From Octopus vulgaris (taxonomy: Eukaryota): DNA of 64,000 bases. The stretch spans positions 39,122,001-39,186,000 of the forward strand of contig OX597830.1 in NCBI GenBank assembly GCA_951406725.2. The letters run 5' to 3'. Below are positions 1 to 14,988 of the stretch, in pieces. The stretch's first letter is position 1. The number at the start of each line of letters is the position of its first letter. Below the pieces are notes generated by a model that made no database searches, was not told where the DNA came from, and saw only the letters and a program-made list of their open reading frames with translations. A program made the position numbers and the translations under genes.

Positions 1-26
1 TCTTACACAACAATTTATTCAGTACA

Positions 27-120
27 TATGCAATTCATATCTACAGAATCTTTAAATTTAGATGTTTATTCTATGCAATTCATATCTATGGAATCTTTAA
101 ATTTAGACGTTTACGCTATG
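27..120. repeat. Tandem duplication, 2 x 45 bp
   Basis: ATGCAATTCATATCTA..GAATCTTTAAATTTAGA.GTTTA starts at 28 and again at 73 with few mismatches. Confidence 0.85.
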
Positions 121-265
121 GGCTAATAAAAGGAGATATGTACAGAGGGAGATATCCCGCTTGTTTATGGAACCTATTCATGTAAAATTATCTACAATTT
201 ATGCGAATGTGTGTGTATATATCTCCATGTGCGTATGTGTGTGTACTTTGCTGAATGTCATGAGT

Positions 266-488
266 TTAACCCTTGAACATTATAGATTTCTCTGTGAAAT
301 GTAACACATATATTCACATTGTTTTGAATTATTCATGAAATATCTCATAGTTTTGAGATTTCAATGATATGATTGTTTATCTTAAGAAGTTGTAGGGGAG
401 GTTTGGGAGGTTAGATCTGGTCGGTTTGAACATAAAAAAAGCAGAATGTTTTGGCCGGGTGTGGCTTGTTTGAATGCTAAATGGTTAA
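266..488. mobile_element. piggyBac-type non-autonomous element (MITE), degenerate
   Basis: Left end TTAA-CCCTTGAACATT, right end AATGCTAAATGG-TTAA: imperfect TIRs flanked by TTAA, about 220 bp, no ORF. Confidence 0.6.
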
Positions 489-2344
489 TGTTATATATAC
501 TGCTCGTCGAAATGAGAACCAATTACTGGTGCGGCTTTCCTGTATATATTTGTGCTTTATGTGACGAAAGTTGTACGTTTAATTTTGATAGATGCCTCCA
601 GACTATAATGCCTTAAGTATGTTCATCTATGTCTATAAAATTTTGAAATTTTCCCTTTAAAAATGCACACGTACATACAAAAGTTTAGAGAAAAAGTGTA
701 TTATTACGCATGTAAATATTTCAGATAAGATTTACATTTTAAAAAAGAATTTATTAAAACTATAAAGCTTTTTGTTTGTGAAATCTCTCTCATTTGGAAA
801 CAATACATAAACTGAATATTATTATATTCCCATGGTCGTTTAGCTAGCTTTACATGATACTTCATTAACTTTCTTCGGTGTCGTAATATCGATTAGTATC
901 ACTGGAACGAGATAATTAAATAACAGATATGTGTTGTTAGATAATTAATTTGATGATATTATCAACTGGAATATAAAGAGGGAATTAATTTCATTTGTGT
1001 CATTCCTGTAGATTAACGATAACAACTTCAATACAGCAGGAACTCTTGACGAAATTACAGAGCAAAAATTATCTTAACCAAGTGGGAATTAATAACAAAA
1101 GCATTCTGTAAAATAATAACAAATTGTACAAAAATAACTTCTCAAGAAAGTCTTTAGTTATAAATCTTTCTAGCATATATTTCGGAATTGTACATGTGTT
1201 GAAATTGAAACAATTCTATTATGGAAGTGTCACCTTCTCTATTCAAGAAGCACACAGAAAATTATTACTTTCACTTCAGTTTACGCTTTTAATTCCATCA
1301 TATGTTATAACGTTGTATAAGTTTCGTATTGTAGTCACTAACATAATTCCACTGTATTCAGAGAATTGCCTTGTAATATATACAGTATTTATTTGAATCA
1401 TATACACATCGAACATATTTCCTATTCATAGTTGAAGTCACTTTTCAATATATTATAACATTAAGGAAAAGGCATGAACGCCATAAAAGCTCATTTATTT
1501 ACTTTACGACTTTCAAAGTAACACTTCCAGAAATGGATACACTAAATTGATTTCTTAAAAAAAAATTCAATTTAATTCATTTCCCATCTCAGAAATATAA
1601 AACCGCAGGTTAATTTACCTCGCTATTAAACTTAAAAGTGTCCTAATTGTTACACGATTTCACATATAAAAACGCCAGGTTCAGGTAAAACTAAAGGACA
1701 GACACGTAGACTAGAGGAGAAAATGCGAGAGCTAGCTGCACAACATTATGTTTGAGCTATCTAATTATCAGTGTGCCTGGTCTTCAGGGATATAGTACGA
1801 GAAGTTTAGTATTCTTTAGAACCGTTTCAGCGCTTATTGGGCAAGCCGTTGGGCGAGTTCTCAGATGCAACGTCTTTTATCACATATTTACTACATCAAG
1901 AGCTACCTCAGACTACAGAAAATAATAAAAACTCTATTCTTCTTTAATTAAACTTCTGTGAGATAATTATTTTGTCTATTAGTCAGCTTAGTTATTTGAC
2001 GCCCAGTTATACCGTCACCGCGATAGTGGTTGCCCTAGACACATATTGTCGCTGCTAATCTTGCCCATTTAGAATACATTTGGTGTTGCTTTTTTAGAAA
2101 GGGGCACGGTTACTTTGGTTATGTCTGTACAAAATACTGAAAACTAAGACCATATAATGCAAGCCGTTTGGATTTTCGGCATTATTAATGTCACTGGAGT
2201 AGAAAACAGCATATTCTGCTCTTGAGTCCTTCAGCTCAAAATCTTTATGTACAGATGTCACCAGGTGAGAGGATTAGCTGTTAATGTGTCACACTGCATG
2301 ATTTATGATATTAATATTCCACTCTATCATTCTCTCCCTCACAC

Positions 2345-2351
<7 letters not shown>

Positions 2352-2386
<35 letters not shown>
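2352..2386. repeat. (CA)n microsatellite
   Basis: Direct reading. Confidence 0.95.
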
Positions 2387-2389
<3 letters not shown>

Positions 2390-5300
2390 GCACTAACACA
2401 CAAATTCTCTTTGCATTATAAATTAAATGTTTACCATGGAACAATTCGGTTTTCATTCCTCGACGTTAGCTAAAATATGCATGTGTACGCCGCATAGTCG
2501 TCTCAATCCATTATATTCTTTTCTTGCAAACCTTTTATTTATTCCGATGTTTTTAATACTGTATAGTTACAGCAGAAAGTTTTGATGTAGAAATCAACCG
2601 AATTTCTTACCTCACTCGTCTACTGACCACAGCTTTCCGTTCTAATGCTTTAGAATATACAACAAAAATGGATAAAATAATGGTTCGCAACAAACAATTG
2701 CATTCTAAAGTTCCAGAAAGAAACAAGGGAAATTCCTCTTTTCACAGGTCAGTCCAAAATAATATAATCCTTCACTTCCTTGCATTTTCCCACTTCTTGA
2801 AATATCTTTAGCAGATGCCTCTCCTTAACCCTTCAAATTTAACTCATTACTTTGAAAGCTATATCTCTTTAATTAAGACGCATTAAGTTCAACAAATACC
2901 AGTAATATTCTGTATTACGTTTTAAACAATGAACTTCTTCACAATAATTAAACTGTCATTTTGTTAAAAAAGATAACAGTATTTGGGTGGATAGTGTCAA
3001 GTAAGATCGATTCCTAACTGGAGCTATTTCGCTAATGCTCTTTTGAAATGTTTTAATAAGTATCATAAAAATTTCTATTCACATTATTTATATACAGCAA
3101 TCTGAATGTGTCTACGTAAACAATGCATACAAATAGAATTCTCTCATAGTAAAGTGACACATTGAATACCTATCAGTGTTTTGTTTGGAGCCCATACATA
3201 GTGAGGTTGATCACGCTGAGATCCACTTTACTTTTAATGTGTCTAGATTTAAATAAAATAAGTACCAATTATATTGCGGATCGATTGAATAGACTATATT
3301 TATTCCTGAAATGCCACCTAGCACACGTTTAAAAGAAATCAATAATAACAAATAAAACTTTCTCCGAGTTTTTCTAACGATACAGTTAATTTAGTGCTGA
3401 CTAGGTTCATAGACGAAAATAAAACTGAAATGATAATATTTGGCAATCATTATCTATTTCGCACATTTAACTTTCAGACCCGACTCTCAAAAGCGATGTT
3501 AAGCACATTTCTAAGTAGCACTTTCTTAAATGTTTTACCAAAAGCTATATATATATATATATCGTATATCATACATAGATAGAGAGAGAGGTGCATGGAT
3601 GGATAGATAGAATAGATTAATAGATATAGATATAGATAGATATACACACACATGAATGCATACATACGCATATGCATACACATATACATGCATACAGATA
3701 GACAGACAGACAGATAGACAGACAAACTTGAGTGTTTCTATGTATAAGATTCTCTTTTGCCGCATTAGGACAGTAATCAAAAAGAGATTACCGAAAATTA
3801 CAGAGAGCTTCTGGCATTATTGAAATCAGCAGACAGAAATGGAATATTCCTTTTGCGCTATTTTCAACGAAGAACTATTTAAATGGATTATTTAGGTATT
3901 TTAAAATCTGTCAATGATATGTATGGGTGATGAATATAAATGGATGTCGTTCGCTGTTATAAACACCTTACCTATATATAATTGTCACATAATTTGCTTA
4001 TATAATGACAGTCTATAAACGCATTGTTAATTTTGTATAGACTTTTGAATTATAAACAGGAGTTGCAATTTCCCAATGATTACTCTGGAAAGAAATTGTT
4101 TAATATTAATTAATATTATCTAACAGTAATTTGCTGTAATCCTGAAATGCAACAAAGGATGTCTTCGGCTCAAATCATAGGGAATTATTGTATATCCCTA
4201 AGCTTGGCATGGGCTTATACATATTTATGTCGGAAACCACTTACCAAATCTAATATTTCACTGATAGTTATTTTATTGATGCCAGGAGCGTATAAGATAA
4301 ACGCATAGGAAAGGAAGTGTGTGATTAATATTCCCATTGAATTATTTCTAAGGGGTGATGCTCTAAGGGTAACTTAAGCAGGCTTTAAGTGTTTAATTTT
4401 CCTTTTCAATAATTAGAATTTATATCCCATTTAAAACGCCTCCAAGTTCATCCTTTTGACAACGATGAATGCGTGAGAGAATCATTAATTTTCGCAAAGC
4501 ACGTATAAATTTTCCTCCCAGTGAAGATGCTTTCTTGCGCACACAACACATGGTCTCCTCATAATCACTTCGGTTGAGATTCGAAACTGAGATGTGATGT
4601 ATGTTCTTGTTCTTTTATGCATGTTAGCTATCGCCGCTCTGCTACTTGTTTACCCACCAAAGAAGACTGGCGTTGGAAATCTTATGTTCATAAATAAAAG
4701 AAATATTCCGCTATGCTCTTCGATTAAGGGTCAGAAACGTTGGGCACAGAATCATAAAATCATGAGTTCAATTCCTGAGACGGACAGTGCGTGTGTTCAT
4801 AAGCAAGGGGCTTCATTAAAAGTTGCAGCAATCTATTTGCTGGAAATGTGTACAACCCTAGTTCTGGCGCAGTATTTTCTCTCTCTTCACTTATGACATT
4901 CTCCATGCTTCGCTGAGTCAAGAGTAGGAGTGCCAAGGAGGTGTCTGTATCTTCCCATAGACACCTAAAGCCATTACCAAAAACATGGTAAATGCTATTA
5001 GATTTTACTCGCATGATCGTTGCATTTATTGTTAATTAAAAACCTTCATAGTACGATTTTATCAACGCTGAACATAAGCCTCTGTTTTCTTTACAATCCA
5101 TCCCTATTTGCCTAGCTTTATGATATCAACAGAAATGTTTTCCTCCAAGACATTTGCTAGGAATGCACTTCTGCCTTTACATTGGGTACTGGATAAATTG
5201 TCAAGAAACTAGCGCATGTTTAAGTGATGGAAAGCGGTAACAGTCCAAAGACTGTCTGTTTCATGCTCAAACGCCACAAATTGCGGTTTCTGAAGTATTT

Positions 5301-5625
5301 CAAATCTGTGAATAACAGCGTGAAGACAATCAGTGTCATATAACATCAAATCATCTTCGACAACATTGCCTTACCTGAATCCTTGATGACTGGTTTACTT
5401 TGGAGTAAACCGAAAGCAGACAGAATCAGTGAAGTCAGAACAACGCTTCACTTTCAAAATTGTATGGCCATACCTAGAGATGACGCCAAAGGATGCGTAT
5501 GGAAATAATTTTCCTGCCAATAAGAATAAAATACATCGCAGGAGATTAAGTGACCAGCCTCATGGCATATATATATGTAAATGTATGTGTGTGTGTGTGC
5601 GCGCGCTTGTGTGTGTTTGTGTATT

Positions 5626-5677
<52 letters not shown>

Positions 5678-5941
5678 GACATATATATATATATATAGGC
5701 TTTACTTTCATACATACCGGCTTAATATAATTCGTCCTTATTCGAAAGACACCTGTTGCTATATCCTGTTATTTGTATTTGTGGAAATATTTTTCTGTTT
5801 TTTCCGTCCTTGTTTTCGTATACATTCGCTGCTTTCTTCCAAGGAATGTAATGCTCTTAGCTTATTTTTTCCTTGGGGCTGGCCTATTGGAGTAATCTTG
5901 AGTATAACCAGCCGAAATTACAAAGATAATCTGGAACTCGA

Positions 5942-5971
5942 CTGAGGATAGGAAACTCCGAATGATCCGTC
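5942..5971 (+). ncRNA. Degenerate hammerhead-like motif in a repeat end (about 5720-6065) that runs into (TA)n
   Basis: CUGAGGA-UA-GGA(AAC)UCC-GAAU-GAUCC-GUC; GAAA is altered and stem I is poor. Confidence 0.3.
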
Positions 5972-6064
5972 CTTGTTTTCCTTGTATCGTCAGTCTGGAT
6001 ATCTTGTTGTCCCTTTTTGTTTCACCTAACTGTCAGGATGTTTTACGTTCTTGTCCCATTTTTG

Positions 6065-6121
<57 letters not shown>

Positions 6122-6154
6122 ATAATGCATGAGGGAAATGGAATCTTTATTCAT

Positions 6155-6258
6155 GACAATGATCGTTTCTACCCCTTTTGCATCGGTCCCTCGCGGGAGG
6201 GATACTGCGCAGTTGGTTGTGTTGCATCCTCCGGTGCAGATGAATCTCACCAGTTGTC
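6155..6258 (-). ncRNA. Degenerate hammerhead-like motif with a long branched stem II
   Basis: Minus strand: GACAA-CUGGUGA-[about 75 nt with UGCA..UGCA and UCCCUC/GAGGGA stems]-GAAAC-GAUC-AUUGUC, then AAUAAA and a TG/TA tract. A6 is G and the cleavage register is unclear. Confidence 0.3.
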
Positions 6259-6535
6259 TTGCTATATATCACTAAATATATTCAGTTTCGCTTGACATGT
6301 TGTTGTTGCCAGTAGGTTGTTGGCTATAATGACAGCGAGTCCGGGTTATAATTGGTTATTGGTTCTGGCTATAGGTCATAGTGAATACATGACAGAGTAA
6401 ACCAACAAAAGACAAAAAAATGACAAAAGACAAAAAATTGTGCTGAGACACCGCACGTGTTAAAAATATCGTCTGGCATGCTTTCATCATATGGAACTAC
6501 TAGTAGCACATAAAAACATATAATGTTTATTAAAA

Positions 6536-6573
6536 TAGATAGATAATTAGATAGATAAATAGATAGATAGATG

Positions 6574-6619
<46 letters not shown>

Positions 6620-6620
6620 G

Positions 6621-6689
<69 letters not shown>
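6536..6689. repeat. (TAGA)n microsatellite
   Basis: Direct reading; source of the YLSI-repeat ORFs. Confidence 0.95.
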
Positions 6690-8209
6690 CACATACACAC
6701 ACACACATATATATATATATCTATATATATACTATATATATATATATATACATATTTACATGTATATATGATGCGTGGGAAATTTGACTGACGACTATTG
6801 GTTCTGCCAACGAAGTTTTTCTTTGGAGTAAGCGATAGAGAGAAAGAGAATATACATACACACACATATATATATATATATTTATATATATACACACATA
6901 CATACGTACGTATATATATATATATATATATGTGATGACTATATGTATTATAATATAAATATACTATATATAATATAAATATTATATATAAACATAAATT
7001 GTATGTAGTATATATATATAAATATATAAATCATCTATTTCGCATTATATATGTCCCTACACACTTTTGACTAAGTCATTCTAAAATGTCATTTACTTCC
7101 TATGAGAAGACGTTGTAGAACACGAAAGCAAACTCTAAGTACAATAGGATACCTACTAGATTTGGTTCGTTTTTCAACCAATTTTACGTCAATCAAATCG
7201 TTATGGCCCAGAGATAAATTATTAACAGGACAACATAACATTTCCTTTAATGTAAAATATAAAACTTCATAGTTACTCTCCGTCGATACTTCCAGGTACT
7301 TAAAGTAGAGAATATATGTTATATGCAATGCCCAGGTGTCTTTTTCTTCTATTTTGTTTATCTTTTTAAAGCCCTCACCTTGTCAGTATAATTTAGATGA
7401 AAGTAAGTTTAGAGTAAACTGCTGACTTGTCAGATATGCCGCTCAATTTCAAGCCAACTTCTACTGCTGCTCTGTGTTACAACCTTATGAAAGCCGTGAA
7501 CGTAGCAAAGATCTATTCCCCTTTCACATGAAAATGTAATAAAGCTTTGCCAAACTGAAAACCTAATCTACGATGTTATTTGGATAATATTTTATTAGTA
7601 AACATTTCAGAGAAACAAGTTTACATCCTTCTCAGCTTTCCCAGTTATAGTTTCAGAGGATTTATGTCGATAATGTTCTAAGAGAAAAAGCAACAACCTT
7701 TAAAATCTTTTATAATTCTTCTTTAAGAATTTACTTAGAAGAACATGACCTACTATAAAAAAAGTTGTCACATTCAGTCTACGCTAAATTACACCCAATT
7801 ATTTGAAATTATAAATAATGCGTTACGTTTTGTATAATCTGACATATTTACTAACTAGGTGGTGAAATCTAAAACATTCGTCTTTTGCAGGAAATCTCTA
7901 ACTTGAGGTTAAGTAGCAATATATAAGCGTGTGGGGAGGGGGTGCACGCGCACGTATATATGTTTACCTCTGTGTGCATTGTTTATTTCTACAGAGGGAT
8001 TTCTGATAGAGGCACAAGTCCTCAAAATTTTACATGTGAAAAACACGGTATCTCTACTTCTCTGGTCGACCACATTCACGTTTAAGAAAACAACACCAGG
8101 TTTGTTTTCTTTTTTCGTTGCATTTCAAGTCGGAGTTCGAGTGGTGAACCAATCCCAGCACTAATCGTACATGTATATTACATTACGTCATTAGACGGAA
8201 TTATTTCCT

Positions 8210-8340
8210 TAGACCTTTCCTTTTCTATAATTCTGACGAAGAGCTCCTTTCTAAACGTTAAATCCTCCTTCTATACTTGTTCCACGTCCTCACGTTGTTG
8301 TTTTTTCTCTTTGTTCCTGTTTGGATTAACTATATATATA
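8210..8340 (+). mobile_element. PLE-type terminal remnant with decayed HHR (CUGACGA at 8233); same family as 24565-24770
   Basis: CTGACGAAGAGCTCC..AAACGTTAAATCCTCCTTC..TGTTCCACGTCCTC..GGATTAAC then (TA)n matches the reverse complement of 24565-24710. Confidence 0.55.
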
Positions 8341-8444
8341 TGATTGATTCTAGTTCCAGCTCATGAGCTGTGGCCATGCTGGGGCACCGCCATTTATATT
8401 ATATATATATATATATATTTATTTATTTATTTATTTATATAATT

Positions 8445-8600
8445 CTTCCTACTACAAGGTCACCTGGTACTTATTTTATCGACACCCAAAATCATGGAAG
8501 GCAAAGACGAGCTTGGCGAAATTTGAACTCAGAACATAAAGTCGGAAGAAATGCCGCTAAATGTTTTGTCTTGGCGTGCTGACGCTTCTGCCCGCTTGCT
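8445..8600 (-). mobile_element. SINE family B fragment
   Basis: CTGGTACTTATTTTATCGAC..GGCAAAG.CGA..TGGCG.AATTTGAACTCAGAAC shared with 60528-61115. Confidence 0.7.
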
Positions 8601-10250
8601 ATAATGATGAGTATTATTGTTGTTGTTGATGTCATTAATATTAATACTATTATCATTATTGTTATTAGTATTATTACTTCGTGTGTGTATAAAATCTTCC
8701 AATTATTTGTCAAACATTTCAAATCACCAAGGGATTTATAATCTGGAATTGATGAGAAAAGTTTGGGGAAGACTAAATAGTGTTACTACAATTCACAGAA
8801 ATTTTGTAATTGAAGTCTAGACAAGAATATTGTGCATAACTCCCTGTAGTTACATATAAAAAGCATGATGGAGTGAAATACAAAAGCGAAGAAACATTCC
8901 CACAACTTGCCTCTCGCTCTATGTTTCCTGCCGCAGTGAAATAATTTTACTGCGGCTGACAGAAGACTAATATTGATTTCCCTCAACGAATAATTATTTC
9001 TAGTTAATGATATGTTCTTTGAATTGAATGTGTGAACATTAACTTTACTAATATTTATCAGCGGATGGCTTCTCTTAATTATTTCATCTCTAAGCAAAAT
9101 TATTTTTCCTACGTTAACCAGTGTATAATCATAAGTTTTTGCATGTTGACTATTTTATAACTACTTTGGCAGGTACATTGAGATTTATGCTTTCCTGAGA
9201 AACTCATAAATAGAACAAAATAATTGTGGAGATGTCACTCGTAATAGCTGACAGAATGTATGTGTTTTCCGATCCTGCTCGTCTTCTGTTCAGAAATGAA
9301 ACGGACATCCGCAAAGCATATATTATTACTTACCCTAATCGGTCATGTTAAAATTTTGAGAAAGTAGCAATTTTAAAAAAAATTATTATTATTATCTTTT
9401 TTTTTTCCATATTTCACTTCAGAAAATTTCAACATCAGGCAGAGAGAGAAAAAGGCTGCAGTAGAGGGAGATAGAAAAAGAGTAATACTCATGGAGAGGG
9501 ATAGAGGTGATATGTACGAGATGGAAGAGGATGTAATCAAGGAGGTAGATAGTGAAATAGTGATATTCAGATATATAGAAGGGAAGAATAGTGAATTGAG
9601 TGATGGTTAAGTCGCAATGTTTTAATTTACGGTTTCTCACTCTCTCCTATTGACTGCTTAAGTAGTTTTAATAAGAATTGGTGTCTAACATGTATGAAAA
9701 TGTTTGGAGCAAACCTTGGGGTATGCTTCATTCCAGTAATGTTTTTTAACGGATGTATACAGCCGATTGAAAATTATAAACCTTCTGTACGCTGTCACTG
9801 AAATACATTCACAGATAGGAGAGAAACCTTTCGTCTGAATATATAGTATCTTCGATGTTCGAAACGTAGACTTATTAAGACAGTAAAACAGTTGTTTCTA
9901 CGTGTATTTTTATGATGAGGGGAAAATTAAAAAAAAAAACATTCAAAGAAGCACTTCCTTTTAACCAACTTTTTGAGGCACATCTGTAGTGAATTATAAT
10001 TCTCGGCTTAACATTGTATGTATATCATATCTTCTTTCTTCTTCACTTCCTTTATATTCGAATTTTATAAGCTCTCAATCAATGTTTGAAATAATATAGT
10101 TTCATAAGCGAATATCTCTTTTAATCTCTTAATTCGACGCCTGTTGATGATAATTAAGTTGACGTATTTTTAAATATACTGAGAGTGATGTGTAATATTT
10201 TCAATTTACCTATAAAGTCATATTAAGAGTCTATCCAAGAATCATATTCC

Positions 10251-10252
<2 letters not shown>

Positions 10253-10317
<65 letters not shown>
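10253..10317. repeat. (TG)n microsatellite
   Basis: Direct reading. Confidence 0.95.
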
Positions 10318-10319
<2 letters not shown>

Positions 10320-11785
10320 CGCGTGTGTGTGTATGCGAATCAAACTATATATACAACCCACATCTTCAGACATAAAGTTCGATGCAACAGTATTATTGTT
10401 TGAATTCCTAAGATGTTTTATAGTGGATTCAGTATCGAAAGAGCACAGTTTAATAGTTTCAAAAGCGTTTAATAGTTTCAAATGCGTACGAAATGTTTAA
10501 AGAGAATATCGTATATAAGATATTCTTCAAATTTCAGGTGAGATAAAAGCACAGCAATCTGAAGAAACTGATGAATCTCGACAGGTTCTTGTAGTTGGCT
10601 AACCCCACACAAAATGTTCTGGCTGCGCATGTGAATAAAGTGTTGACAGACAACGCTGATCGAATCGAATCAAGGCATAGATGCATGGGAATATCCAATT
10701 CAGGATCAATAACAAACAAAGTGAAGGCGGAGAGCGTGCAGAATTTTTACAGAACAGGACACATTCTTAGCAGCATTTCGTCTCACATAAAGTTCTCAGT
10801 TCAAATATCACCGAAGTTGACTTTGCTTTGCATCCTTTCGGAATCGATAACATAATTACCAGTTGAGAACTGGAGTCGATGTAATCGAACCGACTTACAC
10901 TCTCCCTTGGAATTGCTAGCCTTTCGCCAAAATTTTAAGCCAATCACAATTAAGATGAAACGGAGATCACGCATACTGCACTACGACTCGTTTGGAAGCA
11001 CGAATCACAAGAAATACTAATTGGTTGATGGCCTTCTTTCCTTCCCATGATCATCCTAGTGGCTATGGCAGCATCTCCCAAATATCTACTGGAAAAATGA
11101 TCAAATATTAAAAAAATATTATAGTGTCGAAACATGATCTGTAAAAGGAGTAAGACTATGCAATTCAGATGACGATATCAAGTTCCCATGGATACACGAG
11201 TGTCCTGAATTTCTCAAAAATGTGCTTCTGGAGAATGGTCTAAAAGAATGGCAATATACAACTAAAATACAATCCGGTATTACAAAAGACATAATTGAGA
11301 GATGGTAGGTATATGGCTGATTGTTGTTTTTTTTAATATATTCTGTACTTCTTTAAAACCCAAGGACTGAACGACTAATTATCGGATGGTCTTCCACCAC
11401 TAATTCAAGAGCCCCACGTATTTGTGCTTGTCTACTTCATGGATTGCCATAAAAAGGTAGCAGAGAAAACACCAATATCGATATCTCTTTGCATTTGTAT
11501 ATGGTCGTGAAATTATTTGCGAAGCGTCATAGAATGGTTACTTAAAGATTTAAAACATCAGATGATTTTACATTCTACTAGGATACAACATTCTAGTTAA
11601 GTGGATTATGCACTTTGTAGTAGCTACATGAACGAAATATAGAATACAAATAACTTATATACCAACCAGTTATAAACTTGATTGTAAATGTTCCCCTCTT
11701 GATCTCTGGATCTGCAAAAACTAATCAAATGTGTCCTAATTCTAATTATCATGTCCTGATTTTCCTAAATACGGCTAAAAAAGCA

Positions 11786-11789
11786 TATA

Positions 11790-11868
<79 letters not shown>
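11786..11868. repeat. (TA)n microsatellite
   Basis: Direct reading. Confidence 0.95.
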
Positions 11869-11871
<3 letters not shown>

Positions 11872-13747
11872 CAAGTATGTTGTTTATTTTTATTTAAGGC
11901 ATTATGGTTTGATGTGAGAAGTTTTATTATGTTTAGCGGTTCATAAGATGACGCAAATTTTCCCTCATTTGGTTCGTTTAAAGTATTTTTGTTATAACTG
12001 TAACACAAAACATCTCTAATATATATATATATATTTTTTTTATATAGAAGTCTAGACCAACAATTGTGTAAAGGAAATTATTGAGAGCTTCTTAGTTCCA
12101 TGTTTTTTCAAAGACATTAATAGATTAACTGGAGAAAGTTGGCTTCGTATAAGAATCAAAACATTGTCGCAATCTCGATTCACCGAGTGTATTATTTACT
12201 GAATTAAATTATAAGGAATGTTTTATTTATTTATTTATTTATTTATTTATTATACGAAATCTAGATTTAATATCAGGCCTCCTGTAGAGGTGTACATAAA
12301 TTGGCATTTTATTCGAAATACATTTGATGATAAAAAGATAAAAAGAAAGTAAGAAATATGAAAGCAAGTTCAGATAATGTTTCAGGAAAACATTTACCTT
12401 GTTAAACCGTAAATGTTCGAGACATCCTTCACTGAATTTATACTAACTGAACTCTGTCCATGTACCACATGCATTGAAAAAGTGTATCACTTCGATTGAA
12501 TGAAATTAATCTTAGCATGTGACTGAAATCTATTCAAGGCAAGAAAAGAAAGTGTATGTTGTCCCTCAACCTCCTAGAAATAGCTGCCAAATATTTCTCA
12601 AATCATGATGTATCATCTTTCAGATTGTGGAACACGGCGTATAGTTTTAGTTTTACATACACTATTGTTTCTTCTTGTGTGTGAAGGAAAGGGATATTCT
12701 CATGAATGTTTCTTGTTCTCGAATACTATGTGTTTAGTGACTGCAAACCTACGCCATTTGCAAGAAAAGCAAGTGTATTTAGGAGACAGCGGAGGGTGAG
12801 TTTATGGAAAGAAAGGACTGGGCGGAGTGTTAAGTATATGGCCTGGGCAATGAATCACATTACCGGCAATGAAAAGGAGAAAGATGAGTTATTCGAGTGT
12901 GCTTCAGAAAAAATTTAAAGAAACCAGGAAGCTGCATAACTCACAGATCATTTTCCATTTTAGTAGCTGTAAAAGTTGGCAGAGGCAGAGAGAGAGAGGA
13001 AAGAACACATCAGTGAACTCTAGGTTAGGATATGGTGGTGAGTGGCTTCGTCCCTAATACTGAATTAAGCATCAGGATTGTGAATAACAATTTTACGTTC
13101 AAAATCAACTCACAATAACTATTCCTGTAGTAAGTGGTGTATTTGACACAACAACGAAAATTCTACCCAAAAAACTTAAAGAAATTGGCATTGAAACTTG
13201 TATTGTCAACCTTTTGGAAAGTATTATCCTATATTCTGCGAGACCCCTATGAAAATCTTTTGATATTTGAGAAAAAGTGTGGCCAATCTTCACGATAAAA
13301 TAACTGCTAATTAATTAGAATGCATTAGCGAAAACAAAAATATTAATTCAACTAAATTTTAACAAGCTTTAAAACATTTATTTCGATTTTTCATTCCTTA
13401 CTTGATAAATTATTCTATATATCGTATTTATTTTGATTTCTACGTGACTAAACACTAGTGGCAATCTATCCGGTATAATAAATGCGAGATTAATGTGATA
13501 TCTTCTACAAGCTCATTAAAATGAGTGCGTGAAATGTCTTCCATTGTTTAATTCAAAACCTCGTCACATTTCAGTTCGTTAGGGAGTTAGCTTCATTAAC
13601 TAATATTGTTACATAGTTTCACCACTCCAGCGTATTCTTCTGCATTGCTCTTAACAATGTTAAATATCTGTTCATTTCTCTCCCCGTTCAACAGCATTTC
13701 ATTATACTTTCACAATGACCATGTTCTTGTGTAATGACCGACATATA

Positions 13748-14167
13748 GGCGCAGGAGTGGCTGTGTGGTAAGTAGCTTGCTAACCGACCACATGGTTCCG
13801 AGTTCAGTCCCACTGCGTGGCATCTTGGGCAAGTGTCTTCTGCTATAGCCCCGGGCCGACCAATGCCTTGTGAGTGGATTTGGTAGACGGAAACTGAAAG
13901 AAGCCTGTCGTATATATGTATATATATGTATATATGTATGTGTGTGTGTGTGTTTGTGTCTCTGTTCCCCTAGCATTGCTTGACAACCGATGGTGGTATG
14001 TTTACGTCCCCGTCACTTAGCGGTTCGGCAAAAAGAGACCGATAGAATAAGTACTGGGCTTACAAAAAGAATAAGTCCCGGGGTCGAGTTGCTCGACTAA
14101 ACGCGGTGCTCCAGCATGGCCGCAGTCAAATGACTGAAACAAGTAAAAGAGTAAAAGAGTAAAGAGT
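13748..14167 (+). mobile_element. tRNA-derived SINE family A, full length
   Basis: Head GGCGCAGGAGTGGCTGTGTGGTAAG (A-box-like) and GAGTTCAGTCCC (B-box-like), CORE-like CTTGGGCAAG, internal TA/TG tract, (AAAAGAGT)n tail. Near-identical copies at 47254, 54416 and 54896. Confidence 0.9.
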
Positions 14168-14969
14168 ATACAATATTACCATTGATTGCTAGGATATTTT
14201 TATCATGTGCACAGAATATTATATACAAGCATTCATAACACTTTTCAGACCTTCTGAGATTGGAAGCGGAAAGGGAAATTGTTATTCTTCAGACACTGAC
14301 CAAACTAGATTACTTGCAACAGAGTGAACGCCGCTAAAATCACCCAGAAACCAGGTGGATAAACAAGCAAATATTCTATGTTACCCTTCTTTTACATTGA
14401 TTTATAATTAACAATGCAAGCACCAGTGACATATAACTCTTTACCTGATATTTTAAGTGTAAAGATAAATTACTTCTATTTATTTTTATTCAAGATAGAT
14501 TTATACTATTCCCGGTAGCACACAACGCTCACACCAAAAATGGATCTCTGAGGTCGTCTATAACATCTACTGACAATAGCAGCAAACTGTAACTCAAATC
14601 ATACATAAAGTTTAAAAAATTGATTGCTAATATAACTCATAATTTTGATTTTGTATGGTCGATGTAAACAGAGGTTAACGCTTACGGTAGGACAAATTTT
14701 GAACATAAGCATGTTCGATTAAGATTTATGTGACTGTAAGCAACATCAGCAACTCAATGCTGAACGTAGGTAGGGGAGGGAGAAGAAGAGGAATTACACT
14801 TTTGAAATTGTGAATAGAAATGAAATTTCCTTTTCACATAAAACAATTTTTAAAATAGAATGTTCTTGAATCTTAAAGTTTTCGTTTAGTGTCCGATTTA
14901 ATTTGAAACTTTTGATAAATTTAACCAATCGGAAGCCTCCATTATTGATATATAGAGAGGCACGCTTAC

Positions 14970-14988
14970 CTGTTTCCAACAACAACAT
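14970..14988 (-). other. Possible first coding micro-exon (MLLLET-G, phase 1) after a unique, less AT-rich stretch (about 14990-15600)
   Basis: Minus strand ATG TTG TTG TTG GAA ACA G|GTAAGC is a strong donor match. No downstream exon was identified. Confidence 0.2.

Noticed and set aside
10538-10602. Possible plus-strand exon (EIKAQQSEETDESRQVLVVG*)
   Set aside because: Short, weak acceptor, no recognisable homology or partner exons.
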